Notes: generated by a model not told the origin, from the sequence alone. Counted from the stretch's first letter, positions 10,076 to 23,523 are shown. The stretch: DNA of 64,000 nucleotides from Candidatus Eiseniibacteriota bacterium (GCA_965224245.1 OZ245046.1:2084148-2148147); one strand, 5' to 3'. A program made the numbers and translations.

Positions 10076-10447
10076 CTAGTCGGTTTCGGCGGCCTCGCCC
10101 GCCTCGGACTCGGCTTGCTTGGCCGCGATCACCGAGCTGGTCGACTCGGCCTTCTCGCGCCGATCGACGAGCTTGTTCTTGTGCTTCTTGACCTGGCGCT
10201 CGAGTCGGTCGATCGCGCCGTCGATCGACGTCACGACGTCGGTGGTCTCCTCGCGGCTCACGAGGTCGGGGCCTCCGGCCACCTTCAGCGAGATCTCGGT
10301 CTGGTAGCGGAACTTCTCCTTGGTGATCGTCACGGTGGCATCGAATATCTTGCCGAAGTAGCGATCGAGGCGCTGCAGCTTCTCCTCGGCGTGCTCGCGT
10401 GTCTTCGGACTCAGCTCGAAATGGCGTGCCGTGGTCGTGATGTCCAT
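10076..10447 (-). CDS. hpf: ribosome hibernation promoting factor (sigma-54 modulation protein)
   Basis: Start moved to the internal ATG at 10445-10447 (SD-like GGAGAGGA upstream); 'MDITTTARHFELSPKTREHAEEKLQRLDRYF' HPF/RaiA-type; position directly downstream of rpoN. Confidence 0.85.
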   Translation of the reverse strand: MDITTTARHFELSPKTREHAEEKLQRLDRYFGKIFDATVTITKEKFRYQTEISLKVAGGPDLVSREETTDVVTSIDGAIDRLERQVKKHKNKLVDRREKAESTSSVIAAKQAESEAGEAAETD

Positions 10448-10546
10448 CGGAGCGTCCTCTCCTTCTGCGACTCGATCCGCCGGGTTCTCGTCGCGTCGCG
10501 ACCGGTTCGGCGAAACACTCACACGATCGGCGACCCGATCACGCGC

Positions 10547-11956
10547 TCAGAACCGCTTCCGGTAGCGCGCGGTCGGGATGCCGAGTTGCTCACGATACTT
10601 CGCGACCGTGCGCCGCGCGATGCGCACGCCGCGGTCGCCCAGGATGTCGGCGATCTTCTGATCGGACAGCGGGCGTTGCTTGTCCTCCTCGTCGATCAGC
10701 TGCGAGATGATGTCTCGGGCGGAGCGGGCGCTCATGTCGCCGCCGTCGTGGCGGGCGATGGCGGCCGAGAAGAAGTACTTCAGCTCGAAGACCCCGCGCG
10801 GCGTCTGCACGTACTTCCCGCGGGTGACCCGGCTCACCGTGGACTCGTGCATCCCGATGCGATCGGCGATCTGGCTCAGGGTGAGCGGCTTCAGATGGCT
10901 GACACCCTTCTCGAAGAACTCGCTCTGCACGTCCACGATGCAGGTCATGACCTTGATCATCGTCTTCCGGCGCTGCTCGATCGTCTGGATGAGCCACCTC
11001 GCGCTGTTGAGCTTGCCCTCGATGTACTCGCGTGCGCCGTCGGCGTCCTTGCCGCCGCGCAGGACGCTCTCGTACGCCGAGCTGATGCGGATGCGCGGCA
11101 CGTTGCGATCGTTCAAGTAGACCTCGTACTTGCCGCTGACGCGCTCGACGACCAGATCGGGGATCACGTACCGCGGGTCCTCGGATTCGATCTCGCCGCC
11201 GGGGTTCAGGCTCAGCATGGCGAGATGATCCTTGGCCAGCTGGACGTCCTCGTCGGAGACCGACAGGGCACGGGCGATCTCGTGGTGTCGGTTCTTGAGC
11301 ATGTCGTCGTAGTGATCGTGAATGATCTGGTAGGCGAGCGTGTCGTCCTCGCCGCGAACCCGGAGCTGGATCAGGAGCCCCTCGCGGTGATCGCGCGCCC
11401 CGACGCCCGCGGGCTCGAAGGTCTGAATGACGGCCAGCACGTTCTCGAGCTGCTCGACCGTCCATCCCGACGTCTCGGCGATCGTCTCCAGCGGCTCGAC
11501 CAGGAAGCCCCGCTCGTCCAGCGATCCGATCAGGTACTCGCCGATCTCGAGCGCCTCGGCATCGCCGACGCCGAGCCGCAGCTGACCCAGGAGGTGCTCG
11601 TGCAGCGATACCTCGGTCACGCGGACCTTCTCGAAGAACTCGGTGTCCTCGGACTCGCGACGCACCGCCGCCATGTCTCGGTCGTCCTGGTAGAACTCGG
11701 CCCAGTCGGGCTCGGTGCGGTCCTCGGGACGCTCCTTGTCGTCGGGCGTCAGCTGCTCTTCCTGGACCTTCTCCGTCTCCTCGTTCTCGAGATTGAGATC
11801 GACCTCCTCGAGAATCGGGTTCGTCAGGATCTCTTCCTTGAGCATCTGCTCGAGCTCGAGCGCGGGCATCTGGAGGATCTTCAGCGCCTGCTGAAGCCGG
11901 GGGGTCATGATGAGCTGCTGGCTCTGTCGGAGCTGCAGCCCAGGCTTCATTTCCAT
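10547..11956 (-). CDS. rpoN: RNA polymerase sigma-54 factor
   Basis: Region I 'GLQLRQSQQLIMTPRLQQALKILQMP', C-terminal HTH and RpoN box 'ARRTVAKYREQLGIPTARYRKRF'; start taken at Met-28 of the listed ORF (GGAGGAA 12 nt upstream); Met-15/Met-30 are alternatives. Confidence 0.9.
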   Translation of the reverse strand: MEMKPGLQLRQSQQLIMTPRLQQALKILQMPALELEQMLKEEILTNPILEEVDLNLENEETEKVQEEQLTPDDKERPEDRTEPDWAEFYQDDRDMAAVRRESEDTEFFEKVRVTEVSLHEHLLGQLRLGVGDAEALEIGEYLIGSLDERGFLVEPLETIAETSGWTVEQLENVLAVIQTFEPAGVGARDHREGLLIQLRVRGEDDTLAYQIIHDHYDDMLKNRHHEIARALSVSDEDVQLAKDHLAMLSLNPGGEIESEDPRYVIPDLVVERVSGKYEVYLNDRNVPRIRISSAYESVLRGGKDADGAREYIEGKLNSARWLIQTIEQRRKTMIKVMTCIVDVQSEFFEKGVSHLKPLTLSQIADRIGMHESTVSRVTRGKYVQTPRGVFELKYFFSAAIARHDGGDMSARSARDIISQLIDEEDKQRPLSDQKIADILGDRGVRIARRTVAKYREQLGIPTARYRKRF

Positions 11957-12055
11957 CTGTGGCTTCCGTTCCTCCGCGACGGCGACGGCCGCCATCGTCG
12001 GACGACCCCGCGTCCGGGCGCGGCGCCGGGTCGACACGAGAGCGTCACTCCGGCG

Positions 12056-12790
12056 CTAGAGCCGAAACGCCGCTCCCAGATAGAGCTTTCTGGCCGTGGG
12101 GTCGTTCGCGAGCTCCTCGGGCGACCCCGAGATGAGTATGCGGCCTTCGAACATCAGGTACGCTCGATCGGTCGTGTTGAGCGTCTCACGGACGTTGTGA
12201 TCGGTTATGAGCACTCCGAGACCGCGTCTCTTCAGGTCGCCGACGATCTGTTGAATATCGGCGACCGCGATCGGATCGATACCGACAAACGGTTCGTCTA
12301 GCAAGATGAAAGATGGCTTCGTCACCAGCACACGCGCGATCTCGACGCGGCGGCGTTCGCCGCCGGACAGCTGATACCCGCGACGATCCACGATGTGACC
12401 GATGTCGAGCTCCTCGAGCGCTTGCTGGAGTCGCGAGGCGCGCGCCTCGCGGTCCAGATCGAGCGTCTCCAGGATCGCCATCACGTTGTCACGCACCGTG
12501 AGTTTACGAAAAATCGAGGGCTCTTGGGCGAGATATCCAATCCCGAGCCTCGCGCGGCGATGCATGGCGAGATCGGTGATGTCGCGCCGGTCCAGGTAGA
12601 TGCGCCCGCCGTCGGGGCGCTCGTTCCCGACGATCATTCGAAACGTCGTCGTCTTGCCCGCGCCGTTGGGGCCCAAGAGCCCCACCACCTCGCCGGGCTC
12701 GACGGCGAGATCGACCTCGCGCACCGCCTCCAGCTTCCCGTACCGCTTGACGAGCTGTTCGACCTCGAGCGCTCGTGTCGTCGTGTCCAC
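12056..12790 (-). CDS. lptB: LPS export ABC transporter ATP-binding protein
   Basis: Walker A 'GPNGAGKTTTF', signature 'LSGGERRRVEIARVL', Walker B 'ILLDEPF'; GTG start at 12788-12790 chosen because the upstream listed residues are Arg-rich and the preceding gene ends at 12798. Confidence 0.85.
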   Translation of the reverse strand: MDTTTRALEVEQLVKRYGKLEAVREVDLAVEPGEVVGLLGPNGAGKTTTFRMIVGNERPDGGRIYLDRRDITDLAMHRRARLGIGYLAQEPSIFRKLTVRDNVMAILETLDLDREARASRLQQALEELDIGHIVDRRGYQLSGGERRRVEIARVLVTKPSFILLDEPFVGIDPIAVADIQQIVGDLKRRGLGVLITDHNVRETLNTTDRAYLMFEGRILISGSPEELANDPTARKLYLGAAFRL

Positions 12791-12797
12791 GCGCCAC

Positions 12798-13481
12798 CTA
12801 CTCCGGGACGCCGACACCGCCGGTGCCGTCGGGGTCCGTGTCTCGGTCGGGAGCACCGTCGAGCGCATCGTCGTCCTCGATCACCGTGCCCTCGAAGTCC
12901 TCGAGGATCTCGAACGAATCCAGCTCGGGATCGGAGACGAGCCCGACCCCGGTGTACAGGTTTCGGCCTTGCACGATCCGGACGGCCGCATCGCTTCGGA
13001 TGAGGCGGTCGCGCTCGTTCCACTCCAGAACCTCGGTCTCCAGGCGCTCCCCGTCGGGCGTGATCACGACGACGTTCGAGCGCGCGACCAGACGCCGCGT
13101 GGGGCCGGTCACCTCACCCTCGTCCGCGGTCAGCGTGGAGGACAGCTCGCCGTCGGAGTCGAAGAATCGAACGGTCACGCCGTGCAGCTCGGTGTGTGGC
13201 GGATCCTCGTGCTGGCGCGCCTCTTCGGCCTCGAGCTCCCACTTCGTGCGCCCGAGCTCGGTCTCTCGCACGCGGAGGCCCCAGCTCTGCTGGGACGTGC
13301 TCAGCGTGTCGGTCACCGGCGAGGTCGCCTCGGGGTCGCGCGCGCATCCGAGCAACGCCAGCACCAGCGCCGAGCTCGTCACCACGACCCGGACCGTGAT
13401 GACCCGGGCCGCGACCACGCGGGCCCCGACTGCGCGGGCCGCGATCGCGCGTGCGGGTGTCCGCGCGCGATGCGGCCTCAT
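12798..13481 (-). CDS. LptC/LptA-family (OstA-like) LPS transport protein, start uncertain
   Basis: Hydrophobic N-terminal anchor with 'LLGC', then beta-rich 'VTVRFFDSDGELSSTLTADEG...SNVVVITPDGERLETEVLEW' typical of OstA-like jellyroll; sits immediately upstream of lptB. Confidence 0.5.
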   Translation of the reverse strand: MRPHRARTPARAIAARAVGARVVAARVITVRVVVTSSALVLALLGCARDPEATSPVTDTLSTSQQSWGLRVRETELGRTKWELEAEEARQHEDPPHTELHGVTVRFFDSDGELSSTLTADEGEVTGPTRRLVARSNVVVITPDGERLETEVLEWNERDRLIRSDAAVRIVQGRNLYTGVGLVSDPELDSFEILEDFEGTVIEDDDALDGAPDRDTDPDGTGGVGVPE

Positions 13482-13494
13482 CGGACCGCGCGCG

Positions 13495-14430
13495 TCAGGC
13501 GGGAGGCGCATCTTTCCACCGTTCATGAAACCAGGCCCACTGTGCGGGATCCTCCCGGATCCACTCCTCGATCGCGGCCGTCCACGCGGTCGTCAACCTC
13601 GAGACCTCGGCGTGCCGAGGTCTCGACGGGTCGGCGTGGAGCACGGGGCCGACGCGTACCTGCCAGCCGCCCCTCGCGGACCGGCGGACTACCATAGGAA
13701 CGATCGGCACGCGGCACAAGACGGCCAGTGTCGCCGGTCCTCCCGACAACCACGCCGGCGCCCCGAGAAAGGTTCCCGCGATGCGTCGTCCGCGGGGGGT
13801 CTGGTCGGCCGCGATGGTCAGTGTCTCGCCTCTTCCGAGCGCACGCGCACACGCCAGCGCATCGGCTCTCGAGATCAGACGCACCCCCGCGCGGGTCCTG
13901 AGCGCCCCGACGAGTCGATCCAGACGCGCTTCGCGAACCCTCCGCACCACCGCGGCCACGCCGCCGGCGCGGCGCCGGGCCAGGATCGACGGCAGGAGCT
14001 CCCAGGGGCCGAGATGCGCCGTCACCACGATCAGCCCGCCCCCGGGGAGCGCATCCCATCGTCCACGCTCGAGCGGGATCTGATCCAGCCACGACCGGCC
14101 GCGCCGCCCCAGGCGTGCGGTATCGACCGCGTGGCGGCCCATCTCGGCGAACGCGGCCACCCCGACCCGCCGGCGCCACGACGACGTGGCATCGGGGTAC
14201 GCCACCCGGAGCTGTTCGTCCACGAGACCACGCTGACCGGGCATCAGCGCGCGCACGAGGGGGGCCAGCGCCCCGACCAGACGGCCGGTGGGACGGGTCG
14301 GCGCGTGGGCCAGCGTGGCCACGAGGGCGCGCGCGACGTGATAGCGCATCCATCGACGGTGCGGCTTCAGCGCCCGCGGAACGAGTCCGCGACCGGCGCG
14401 CGTGCGCCGCGCCGCCAGACCGGCGGTCAT
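13495..14430 (-). CDS. lipid A biosynthesis acyltransferase (LpxL/HtrB family)
   Basis: 311 aa from the ATG that overlaps the kdsD stop (ATGA); 'VVTAHLGPWELL' fits the H-x4-D/E acyltransferase motif; LPS-gene context. Confidence 0.65.
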   Translation of the reverse strand: MTAGLAARRTRAGRGLVPRALKPHRRWMRYHVARALVATLAHAPTRPTGRLVGALAPLVRALMPGQRGLVDEQLRVAYPDATSSWRRRVGVAAFAEMGRHAVDTARLGRRGRSWLDQIPLERGRWDALPGGGLIVVTAHLGPWELLPSILARRRAGGVAAVVRRVREARLDRLVGALRTRAGVRLISRADALACARALGRGETLTIAADQTPRGRRIAGTFLGAPAWLSGGPATLAVLCRVPIVPMVVRRSARGGWQVRVGPVLHADPSRPRHAEVSRLTTAWTAAIEEWIREDPAQWAWFHERWKDAPPA

Positions 14431-15400
14431 GGCCGCAGGCACTCGTGCAGGTGCACGACGCCGATCGGGACGCCGGACGGATCCACGACCACGAGCGAGG
14501 TGATCGCCCCTCGCGGGTTGTTCTCCATGCGCTCGACCGCCGAGGCCACGAGCGCGTCGGGGCCGATCGTCTTGGGCTCGCGGGACATCACGTCGCCCAC
14601 GGGCAGCGCCATCGGGTTCTCGTGCTTCAGCAGGATCCGCTTGAGATCGCCGTCGGTCAGGACGCCGACCAGCTTGCCGCCGTCGTCGACGACGGTCGTC
14701 ATGCCGAGCGCGCCACGGAGGATCTCGACGAGCGCGTCGCGCAGGCTGGCCGCAGCCGGCACGCGCGGCAGCGCCTCACCCACCGCCATCACGTCACGGA
14801 CCCGCCGCGCGATCTGCCGGCCGATCACGCCGCCCGGATGCAGGAACGCGAAGTCGGCCTCGCGAAATCCCCGCTCCTCCATGACCACGACGGCCAGCGC
14901 ATCCCCCACCGCCAGCATCGCGGTCGTGCTCGTGGTCGGCACCAGGCTGACCGACCCCGCCTCGGGCGCGTCGCCGCATCTCACGATCGCGCCTGCCGCC
15001 CGGGCCAGCGGACTGTCGGCGCGCGCGGTCAGCACCACGATGGGCACGCCCACGCGTTCGAGCGCGGGCACCAGCCGCAGAAGCTCCTCGGTGGCGCCGG
15101 TCTTGGAGCACAGGATGGCCACGTCGTCGCGCCGGAGCACGCCGAGGTCGCCGTGCGCGGCGTCGACCGCGTGCATGAAGACCGCGGGAGATCCGGTGCT
15201 GGTCAGCGTCGCGGCGATCTTTCGCGCGACGAGGCCCGACTTCCCCACACCCACCAGCACCACGCGCCCGGTCGCCCCGAGGACGAGTTCGACGGCCTCC
15301 GCGAAGCCGTCGTCGAGCGACTCCGACGCGGCCGCGAGCCCGGATGCCTCCGACGCGATGACGTCCCGTGCCCGGCGGACGAGGCGCATTCGCCGTTCCG

Positions 15401-15404
<4 letters not shown>
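14427..15404 (-). CDS. kdsD: arabinose-5-phosphate isomerase (KpsF/KdsD; SIS plus tandem CBS domains)
   Basis: Internal ATG at 15402-15404; 'VVLVGVGKSGLVARKIAATLTSTGSPAVFMH', CBS pair at the C-terminus; the listed 577-aa ORF carries an Arg-rich spurious 5' extension. Confidence 0.9.
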
Positions 15405-18592
<3,188 letters not shown>

Positions 18593-18797
18593 CACGCATC
18601 CTGACGGCGGTGGTCGCCTCGGTGTGCCGGCCGAGTGCTCGACCGGAGTGCGCTGACCCGGGAACGCCGAGTGGGTAACACCAGGTCCCACGGAGATTAG
18701 AGACGTCGTGCGCGAGCGTCAACCGCGGAGATCGGGGCCGCCCGCCTCCCCGCCGCCGGGCGCGAGCAGACGTCGCGGCGAGCGCCGGACATGCGAA

Positions 18798-18822
18798 CGC
18801 CCGCACCGGACCGGCGCGGGCG
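18798..18822 (-). terminator. putative intrinsic terminator hairpin downstream of rpmA
   Basis: On the minus-strand transcript 'CGCCCGCGCCGG-U-CCGGUGCGGGCG' forms a stem of about 10-12 bp (one G-U), 24 nt after the rpmA stop; no U-tract, as is common in GC-rich genomes. Confidence 0.3.
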
Positions 18823-18845
18823 AAGACGAACGGGACCGGGGATGT

Positions 18846-19106
18846 CTACGACTCGACCGGATAGACCGAGATGCGCTTGCGGCGCTTGCCCACGCGCTCG
18901 AACGCGACGGTGCCGTCGATGATCGCGAACAGCGAGTCGTCGCCGGCGCGCTTCACGTTGTTGCCCGGGTGGAACTTCGTGCCACGCTGGCGAACCAGGA
19001 TCGACCCCGCGGTCACGCGCTCTCCCCCGAACGCCTTCACGCCCAGGTACTGCGGGTTCGAGTCGCGGCCGTTCCGGGAGCTGCCGCCGGCTTTCTTGTG
19101 CGCCAT
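18846..19106 (-). CDS. rpmA: 50S ribosomal protein L27
   Basis: 86-aa ORF '[24 protein letters not shown]...[14 protein letters not shown]'. Confidence 0.95.
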   Translation of the reverse strand: MAHKKAGGSSRNGRDSNPQYLGVKAFGGERVTAGSILVRQRGTKFHPGNNVKRAGDDSLFAIIDGTVAFERVGKRRKRISVYPVES

Positions 19107-19161
19107 CTCGCGTATCCTCCAAGCCCGTTCCGGGCGACCGGCGGGGCCGGTCCGGCCGGGG

Positions 19162-19470
19162 TCAGGCCGAGATCTTCGTGATCTTCAGCTCGGTGAAGTC
19201 TTGACGGTGACCGTTCTTTCGGTGGTAGTCGCGCCGGCGCAGAAACTTGCCGACGAGCACCTTCTTGCCGCGTCCATGCGAGACCACCTCGGCTTCCACG
19301 GACGTGCCGTCCACCGTGGGAGAGCCGACGCGGACCTCGTCGCCGCCGACGAAGAGCACCCGATCCATCACGACGGTGGCGCCGACCGCCTCGTCGCACT
19401 TCGGCACGCGGATCGTCTGATCCTCGGCCACCTTGAACTGAAATCCCTTGAAATCGACAATGGCGTACAT
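19162..19470 (-). CDS. rplU: 50S ribosomal protein L21
   Basis: Internal ATG at 19468-19470 gives '[18 protein letters not shown]...'; immediately upstream of rpmA. Confidence 0.9.
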   Translation of the reverse strand: MYAIVDFKGFQFKVAEDQTIRVPKCDEAVGATVVMDRVLFVGGDEVRVGSPTVDGTSVEAEVVSHGRGKKVLVGKFLRRRDYHRKNGHRQDFTELKITKISA

Positions 19471-19570
19471 CGCCCGACGCTCCACTGGAAGGGCCCCCAC
19501 GAGCGGAGACCCGGACTACCCCTCGAAGATAATCAAAGGCGGGGATTATGGGGGACGGCCGCCCCTCGGG

Positions 19571-21163
19571 TCAACCCACGATTTCCTTGGTCACGTCTTT
19601 CCCGTTGTGCTGCAAGATGATGCGGACTTCCTCGCGCGACAGCCGCGGATCGTCGCGGAGATCCAGCTCCAGGTCGAGCTCCTTCTCGAGCTCGGTCAGG
19701 CGCTTGCCGTTTCGTTCGAAGACGAAGGTGGCCACCTCGGGGGCGACGCGGACCTGGATCTCGCGCTCCTTGTTGGTGGCGGCGAACCGTCGGAGGAACC
19801 GCTCGAGCCGCATCGCGACCGTCTCCAGGGAGTAGACGTTGCCGGTTCCCCCGCAGCACGGGCACTCCTCGCTGTAGTAGTGCAGCAGTGACTGGCGCTC
19901 GCGCTGGCGCGTCATCTCGATGAGGCCCAGATCGGAGACCTTGAACGTCTTGGTGCGGGACCGGTCGTTGCGCAGTCCGTTCCGGAGCGCGTCCTGGACG
20001 GCCCGCTTGTTCGCCTCGATCTCCATGTCGATGAAGTCGATGACGATGATCCCGCCCACGTCTCGCAGGCGGAGCTGGCGCGCGATCTCCCGAGCCGCCT
20101 CCAGGTTGGTCCGGAGGATCGTCTCCTCCTGGTCCTTCTTGCCCGTGTAGCGGCCGGTGTTCACGTCGATCGCGACCATGGCCTCGGACTGGTCGATGAC
20201 GATGTACCCGCCCCGCTTCAGCCAGACCTTGCGCTCGAAGCTCTTCTCGATCTCGCCCTCGATGCCGTACTCGTCGAAGATCGGCACCCGCCCCTTGTAG
20301 AGGTGCACCCGGCTGACGAGCTCGGGCGAGACCCACTCGAGATAGTCGATGATCTCCTTGTGGACGGCCTCGTCGTCGAGGACGACGCGGTCGACCTGAT
20401 CGGTGAACACGTCCCGGATGAGGCTCCCGGCCAGCGCCATCTCGCGATGGACCAGCGCGGGCGCCGAGACGCGTGCGGCCTTCTTCTCGACGGTCTCCCA
20501 GATCCTCGCCAGGTACGAGATGTCGTTGGCGATGGCCTGGCGATCGCGTCCGCCGGCGGCCGTGCGCGCGATCAGGCCGACACCGTCGGGCCTGAGCTCC
20601 TTCAGGAGCGACCGGAGGCGCGAGCGCTCCTCGCGCTCGTAGATCTTCCGGGAGACCCCCACGTAGTTGACCCCCGGGACGAGCACCAGGTACCGGCCCG
20701 GGAGCGAGAGACGCGCGTTCACCTTCGGGCCCTTCGTGCTGATGGGCTCCTTGGTGATCTGGACCAGCAGCTCCTGGCCCTTCTGGACGAAGTTCTCGAT
20801 CCGGAAGTCGGAGTCCCGCGATCGCCGGCGACCCCCGCGACCGCGAGGCGCCGACTGGCGCGGCTTCTCCTTCTCCTTCTCCTTCTCGTCGTCGTCGTCC
20901 CCCATGTCGAAGTCGCGCATGAAGCCGACCATGTCCGACGCGTGGAGGAAGGCGGTCTTGGGCAGGCCGATGTCCAGGAACGCCGCCTGAATGCCGGGCA
21001 GGACCGCGTTCACGCGGCCCTTGTAGATGTCCCCGACGATGCGGCGGTCCTGAGGACGCTCGACCAGGAGCTCGGTCAGCGCTCCGTCCTCGAGGATGGC
21101 CACGCGCGTCTCGAGCTTCTCGGCGTTGATCACGATTTCGCGGAACATACTCGGCTTGGTCAC
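19571..21163 (-). CDS. rng: Rne/Rng-family ribonuclease (RNase G-like)
   Basis: 530-aa ORF: S1 domain 'GDIYKGRVNAVLPGIQAAFLDIG', catalytic core, zinc-link 'CPCCGGTG'. Confidence 0.85.
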   Translation of the reverse strand: MTKPSMFREIVINAEKLETRVAILEDGALTELLVERPQDRRIVGDIYKGRVNAVLPGIQAAFLDIGLPKTAFLHASDMVGFMRDFDMGDDDDEKEKEKEKPRQSAPRGRGGRRRSRDSDFRIENFVQKGQELLVQITKEPISTKGPKVNARLSLPGRYLVLVPGVNYVGVSRKIYEREERSRLRSLLKELRPDGVGLIARTAAGGRDRQAIANDISYLARIWETVEKKAARVSAPALVHREMALAGSLIRDVFTDQVDRVVLDDEAVHKEIIDYLEWVSPELVSRVHLYKGRVPIFDEYGIEGEIEKSFERKVWLKRGGYIVIDQSEAMVAIDVNTGRYTGKKDQEETILRTNLEAAREIARQLRLRDVGGIIVIDFIDMEIEANKRAVQDALRNGLRNDRSRTKTFKVSDLGLIEMTRQRERQSLLHYYSEECPCCGGTGNVYSLETVAMRLERFLRRFAATNKEREIQVRVAPEVATFVFERNGKRLTELEKELDLELDLRDDPRLSREEVRIILQHNGKDVTKEIVG

Positions 21164-21173
21164 GGGAAAGAGG

Positions 21174-21842
21174 TCAGTGGCCGCTCGGGGGTGTCCGAAA
21201 CGCGGTCGCCGCGCCGAAGACGCGGTGTCCGGCGTCTTCGAGAGCGCGCCGGCATTCGGAGATCGTGGCCCCGGTCGTCCAAACGTCGTCGATTAGAACG
21301 AGGGGAAGATAGGGTGAACTCGGTCGCACTGCAATTGCGCTCTCGAGATTGACGGCGCGTGCCCGCCGCCCGAGGCGCGTCTGCGTGCCCCGCCCCTCCC
21401 GCCGCCCGAGGAGCTCGAACACGGCGTGACCGAGCTCGGCCCCCAGGACACGTGCGAGATCCAGCGACTGGTTGAAGCCTCGCAACCGAAGCCGCGACCG
21501 TGACAGCGGCACCGGCACGAGAACGGCCCGCGGCGGCGGGTCCAGGTCGCCCCACGCGGCCAGGACCCCGTACGCCATCGTCCCGGCCAGCCCCCGGATG
21601 CCCCGGTACTTCCAGCGGTGCACGAGCCGGTGGGCGGTCTCCCCCGCGTACTCGAACCCCGAAATCCCGCCGTCCGGGTGCTCGACGGTCGGCTCCAAAG
21701 CGGCGAGACAGCCCGCGCACACGAACGCGCCGCCGTCCACCCGGGCGCCACACGCCTCGCAGAGATCGGGGGCCACGAGCCGACCGAGGGCCGTTCCCGT
21801 GATCACCGCCTCACGCCGGAGGGTCCGGAAGATCGAGCGCAC
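21174..21842 (-). CDS. ComF-family protein (zinc ribbon plus phosphoribosyltransferase domain)
   Basis: 'CEACGARVDGGAFVCAGC' zinc ribbon and PRTase motif 'LVLIDDVWTTGAT'. Confidence 0.7.
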   Translation of the reverse strand: MRSIFRTLRREAVITGTALGRLVAPDLCEACGARVDGGAFVCAGCLAALEPTVEHPDGGISGFEYAGETAHRLVHRWKYRGIRGLAGTMAYGVLAAWGDLDPPPRAVLVPVPLSRSRLRLRGFNQSLDLARVLGAELGHAVFELLGRREGRGTQTRLGRRARAVNLESAIAVRPSSPYLPLVLIDDVWTTGATISECRRALEDAGHRVFGAATAFRTPPSGH

Positions 21843-22695
21843 GTTCCATCTCCGAGACCGGCACCGGGGGACCGAACCAGTACTCGAACGCGGCCGCCCC
21901 CTGGTGCACCAGCATCCGCCGGCCGTCTTCGGCGCACAGACCGTGCGCCCGGGCCAAGCCGACGAACGTGGAGCCGGGGCGACCGTAGTTCAGATCGATC
22001 CCGATCACGTGTTCGGGAAGCCTCGACCACGGAAGCTCGGGCAGACGAGTGCCCTCTCGACCGAGCGGCGTGGCCTGGATCACGAGCGAGGCGCTCTCGA
22101 ACGCCGGGTCGCAACCCCACACCACCGGGTCCCACGGCAAGAGCCGGCCTCCGGCGGTCTCGACCCAGGACGCACGAGCCGCGTTCCGCGCACAGACGAC
22201 GACGTCGCCGGCGAGCCCGCTGCGAGCGAGGGTGGTCAACACCGCACGCGCGGCGCCGCCCGCGCCGAGGCACACGACCGATCCGCCATCCCACCCCAGC
22301 GCCTCGGCCGCCCGCACGAACCCGATCCCGTCGGTGCTGGTGCCCACCAGACGCCGTCCCTCGACACGGATCGTGTTCACCGAATCCGCCTCGCGGGCGT
22401 CGTCCTCCAGCTCGTCGCAGAGATCGGCCGCCTCTCGCTTGAACGGGATCGTGACGTTCGCACCGGCCAGCCCGTCGTCCACGAGCGCCCGGAACGTCTC
22501 GGCGAACCCGTCGCGGGGAAGCGGCACGGGGAGATACACCGCCGGCAGGTCCCTCGCCCGGAGCGCGGCGTTCTGCAGCGGCGGCGAGAGCGTCTCCGTG
22601 AGGGGATGTCCGACGACCCCGTACCACGCGGTCGCGCCGCCGGGGGCCGGGGACCGGTCGGGACGGGAGTCGGGCTCGCCGGGGCCGATCGTCAC
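21811..22695 (-). CDS. aroE: shikimate dehydrogenase
   Basis: 'YGVVGHPLTETLSPPLQNAAL', Rossmann 'VVCLGAGGAARAV'; the listed first codon is GTG and overlaps the lgt stop; exact start uncertain. Confidence 0.8.
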   Translation of the reverse strand: MTIGPGEPDSRPDRSPAPGGATAWYGVVGHPLTETLSPPLQNAALRARDLPAVYLPVPLPRDGFAETFRALVDDGLAGANVTIPFKREAADLCDELEDDAREADSVNTIRVEGRRLVGTSTDGIGFVRAAEALGWDGGSVVCLGAGGAARAVLTTLARSGLAGDVVVCARNAARASWVETAGGRLLPWDPVVWGCDPAFESASLVIQATPLGREGTRLPELPWSRLPEHVIGIDLNYGRPGSTFVGLARAHGLCAEDGRRMLVHQGAAAFEYWFGPPVPVSEMERALDLPDPPA

Positions 22696-23483
22696 GCGGC
22701 GGCCTCGGCGACACGGCGGTACCGGATGCCGTAGCCGATCAGCCCCACCAGGATCACGACCACCGACAGGATCTGGCTGTCGGTGATCCGGAGCCCGGCC
22801 ACGAGCGTCTCCTGTGACGCCTCGTAGAAGCGGAAGAAGTCGGCGATCAGACGTGCGACACCCTCACCGATCACGAGCAGCCAGAACACCTCGCCGTCGA
22901 ACCGGCGGCGCCGCCAGGCGATCGAGAGCAGCCCGAACAGCACGAAGCCGATCAGCGACTGGTAGAGCTGGCTGGGGTGCAGGTGGTGCGGGTAGCCGAG
23001 GGTGGCCGACGCGTAGGAGTCCGCCGGGAACGTGACGCCCCAGGGGACCTCGCAGCTGCGACCGAAGCAGCATCCGTTCAGGAAGCACCCGATGCGCGTG
23101 AAGCCCTGACCCAGGCAGACGAACGGCGCGAGCGTGTCCGTGTACGCCCACGGTCGATCGGTTCGCCGCCGGAGATAGAAGATCGTGGCCAGCGTCGCGA
23201 GGATCAGGCCGCCGTACAGCGTGAGCCCACCCGACCAGAGTCGGAAGATCTCGAGGGGATCCGAGAGGAACGGGTCGGGATGCTGGAGCGCGAACAGGAT
23301 GCGCGCCCCCGCGACGCCGGACACCACGATGAGCCAGGCCATGCCCAGGATGATCTCGCCGTCGAGTCCGATCGTGCGCGCGCGCTTCGCCGCCCATGGA
23401 ATGCCCACGAGAAACGAGAGCGCCATGAGCGCGCCGAACGATCGCAACGTCAGGGGTCCCAGATGGAACAGTGTCGGAAACAC
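22692..23483 (-). CDS. lgt: prolipoprotein diacylglyceryl transferase
   Basis: 263-aa polytopic membrane protein 'LGPLTLRSFGALMAL...RIGCFLNGCCFG'. Confidence 0.9.
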   Translation of the reverse strand: MFPTLFHLGPLTLRSFGALMALSFLVGIPWAAKRARTIGLDGEIILGMAWLIVVSGVAGARILFALQHPDPFLSDPLEIFRLWSGGLTLYGGLILATLATIFYLRRRTDRPWAYTDTLAPFVCLGQGFTRIGCFLNGCCFGRSCEVPWGVTFPADSYASATLGYPHHLHPSQLYQSLIGFVLFGLLSIAWRRRRFDGEVFWLLVIGEGVARLIADFFRFYEASQETLVAGLRITDSQILSVVVILVGLIGYGIRYRRVAEAAA

Positions 23484-23523
23484 GTGATCTCCTCGGGATC
23501 GGCGGTACGCGCGGGTGCGTGGA

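Noticed and set aside
8759-12301. 1180-aa plus-strand ORF (also 5872-8406 at 844 aa and 12775-15741 at 988 aa) overlapping the rpoN/hprK/PTS and kds genes
   Set aside because: Antisense to genes with strong family matches; translations are Arg/Ala/Gly-rich low-complexity sequence typical of out-of-frame reading in 70% GC DNA.
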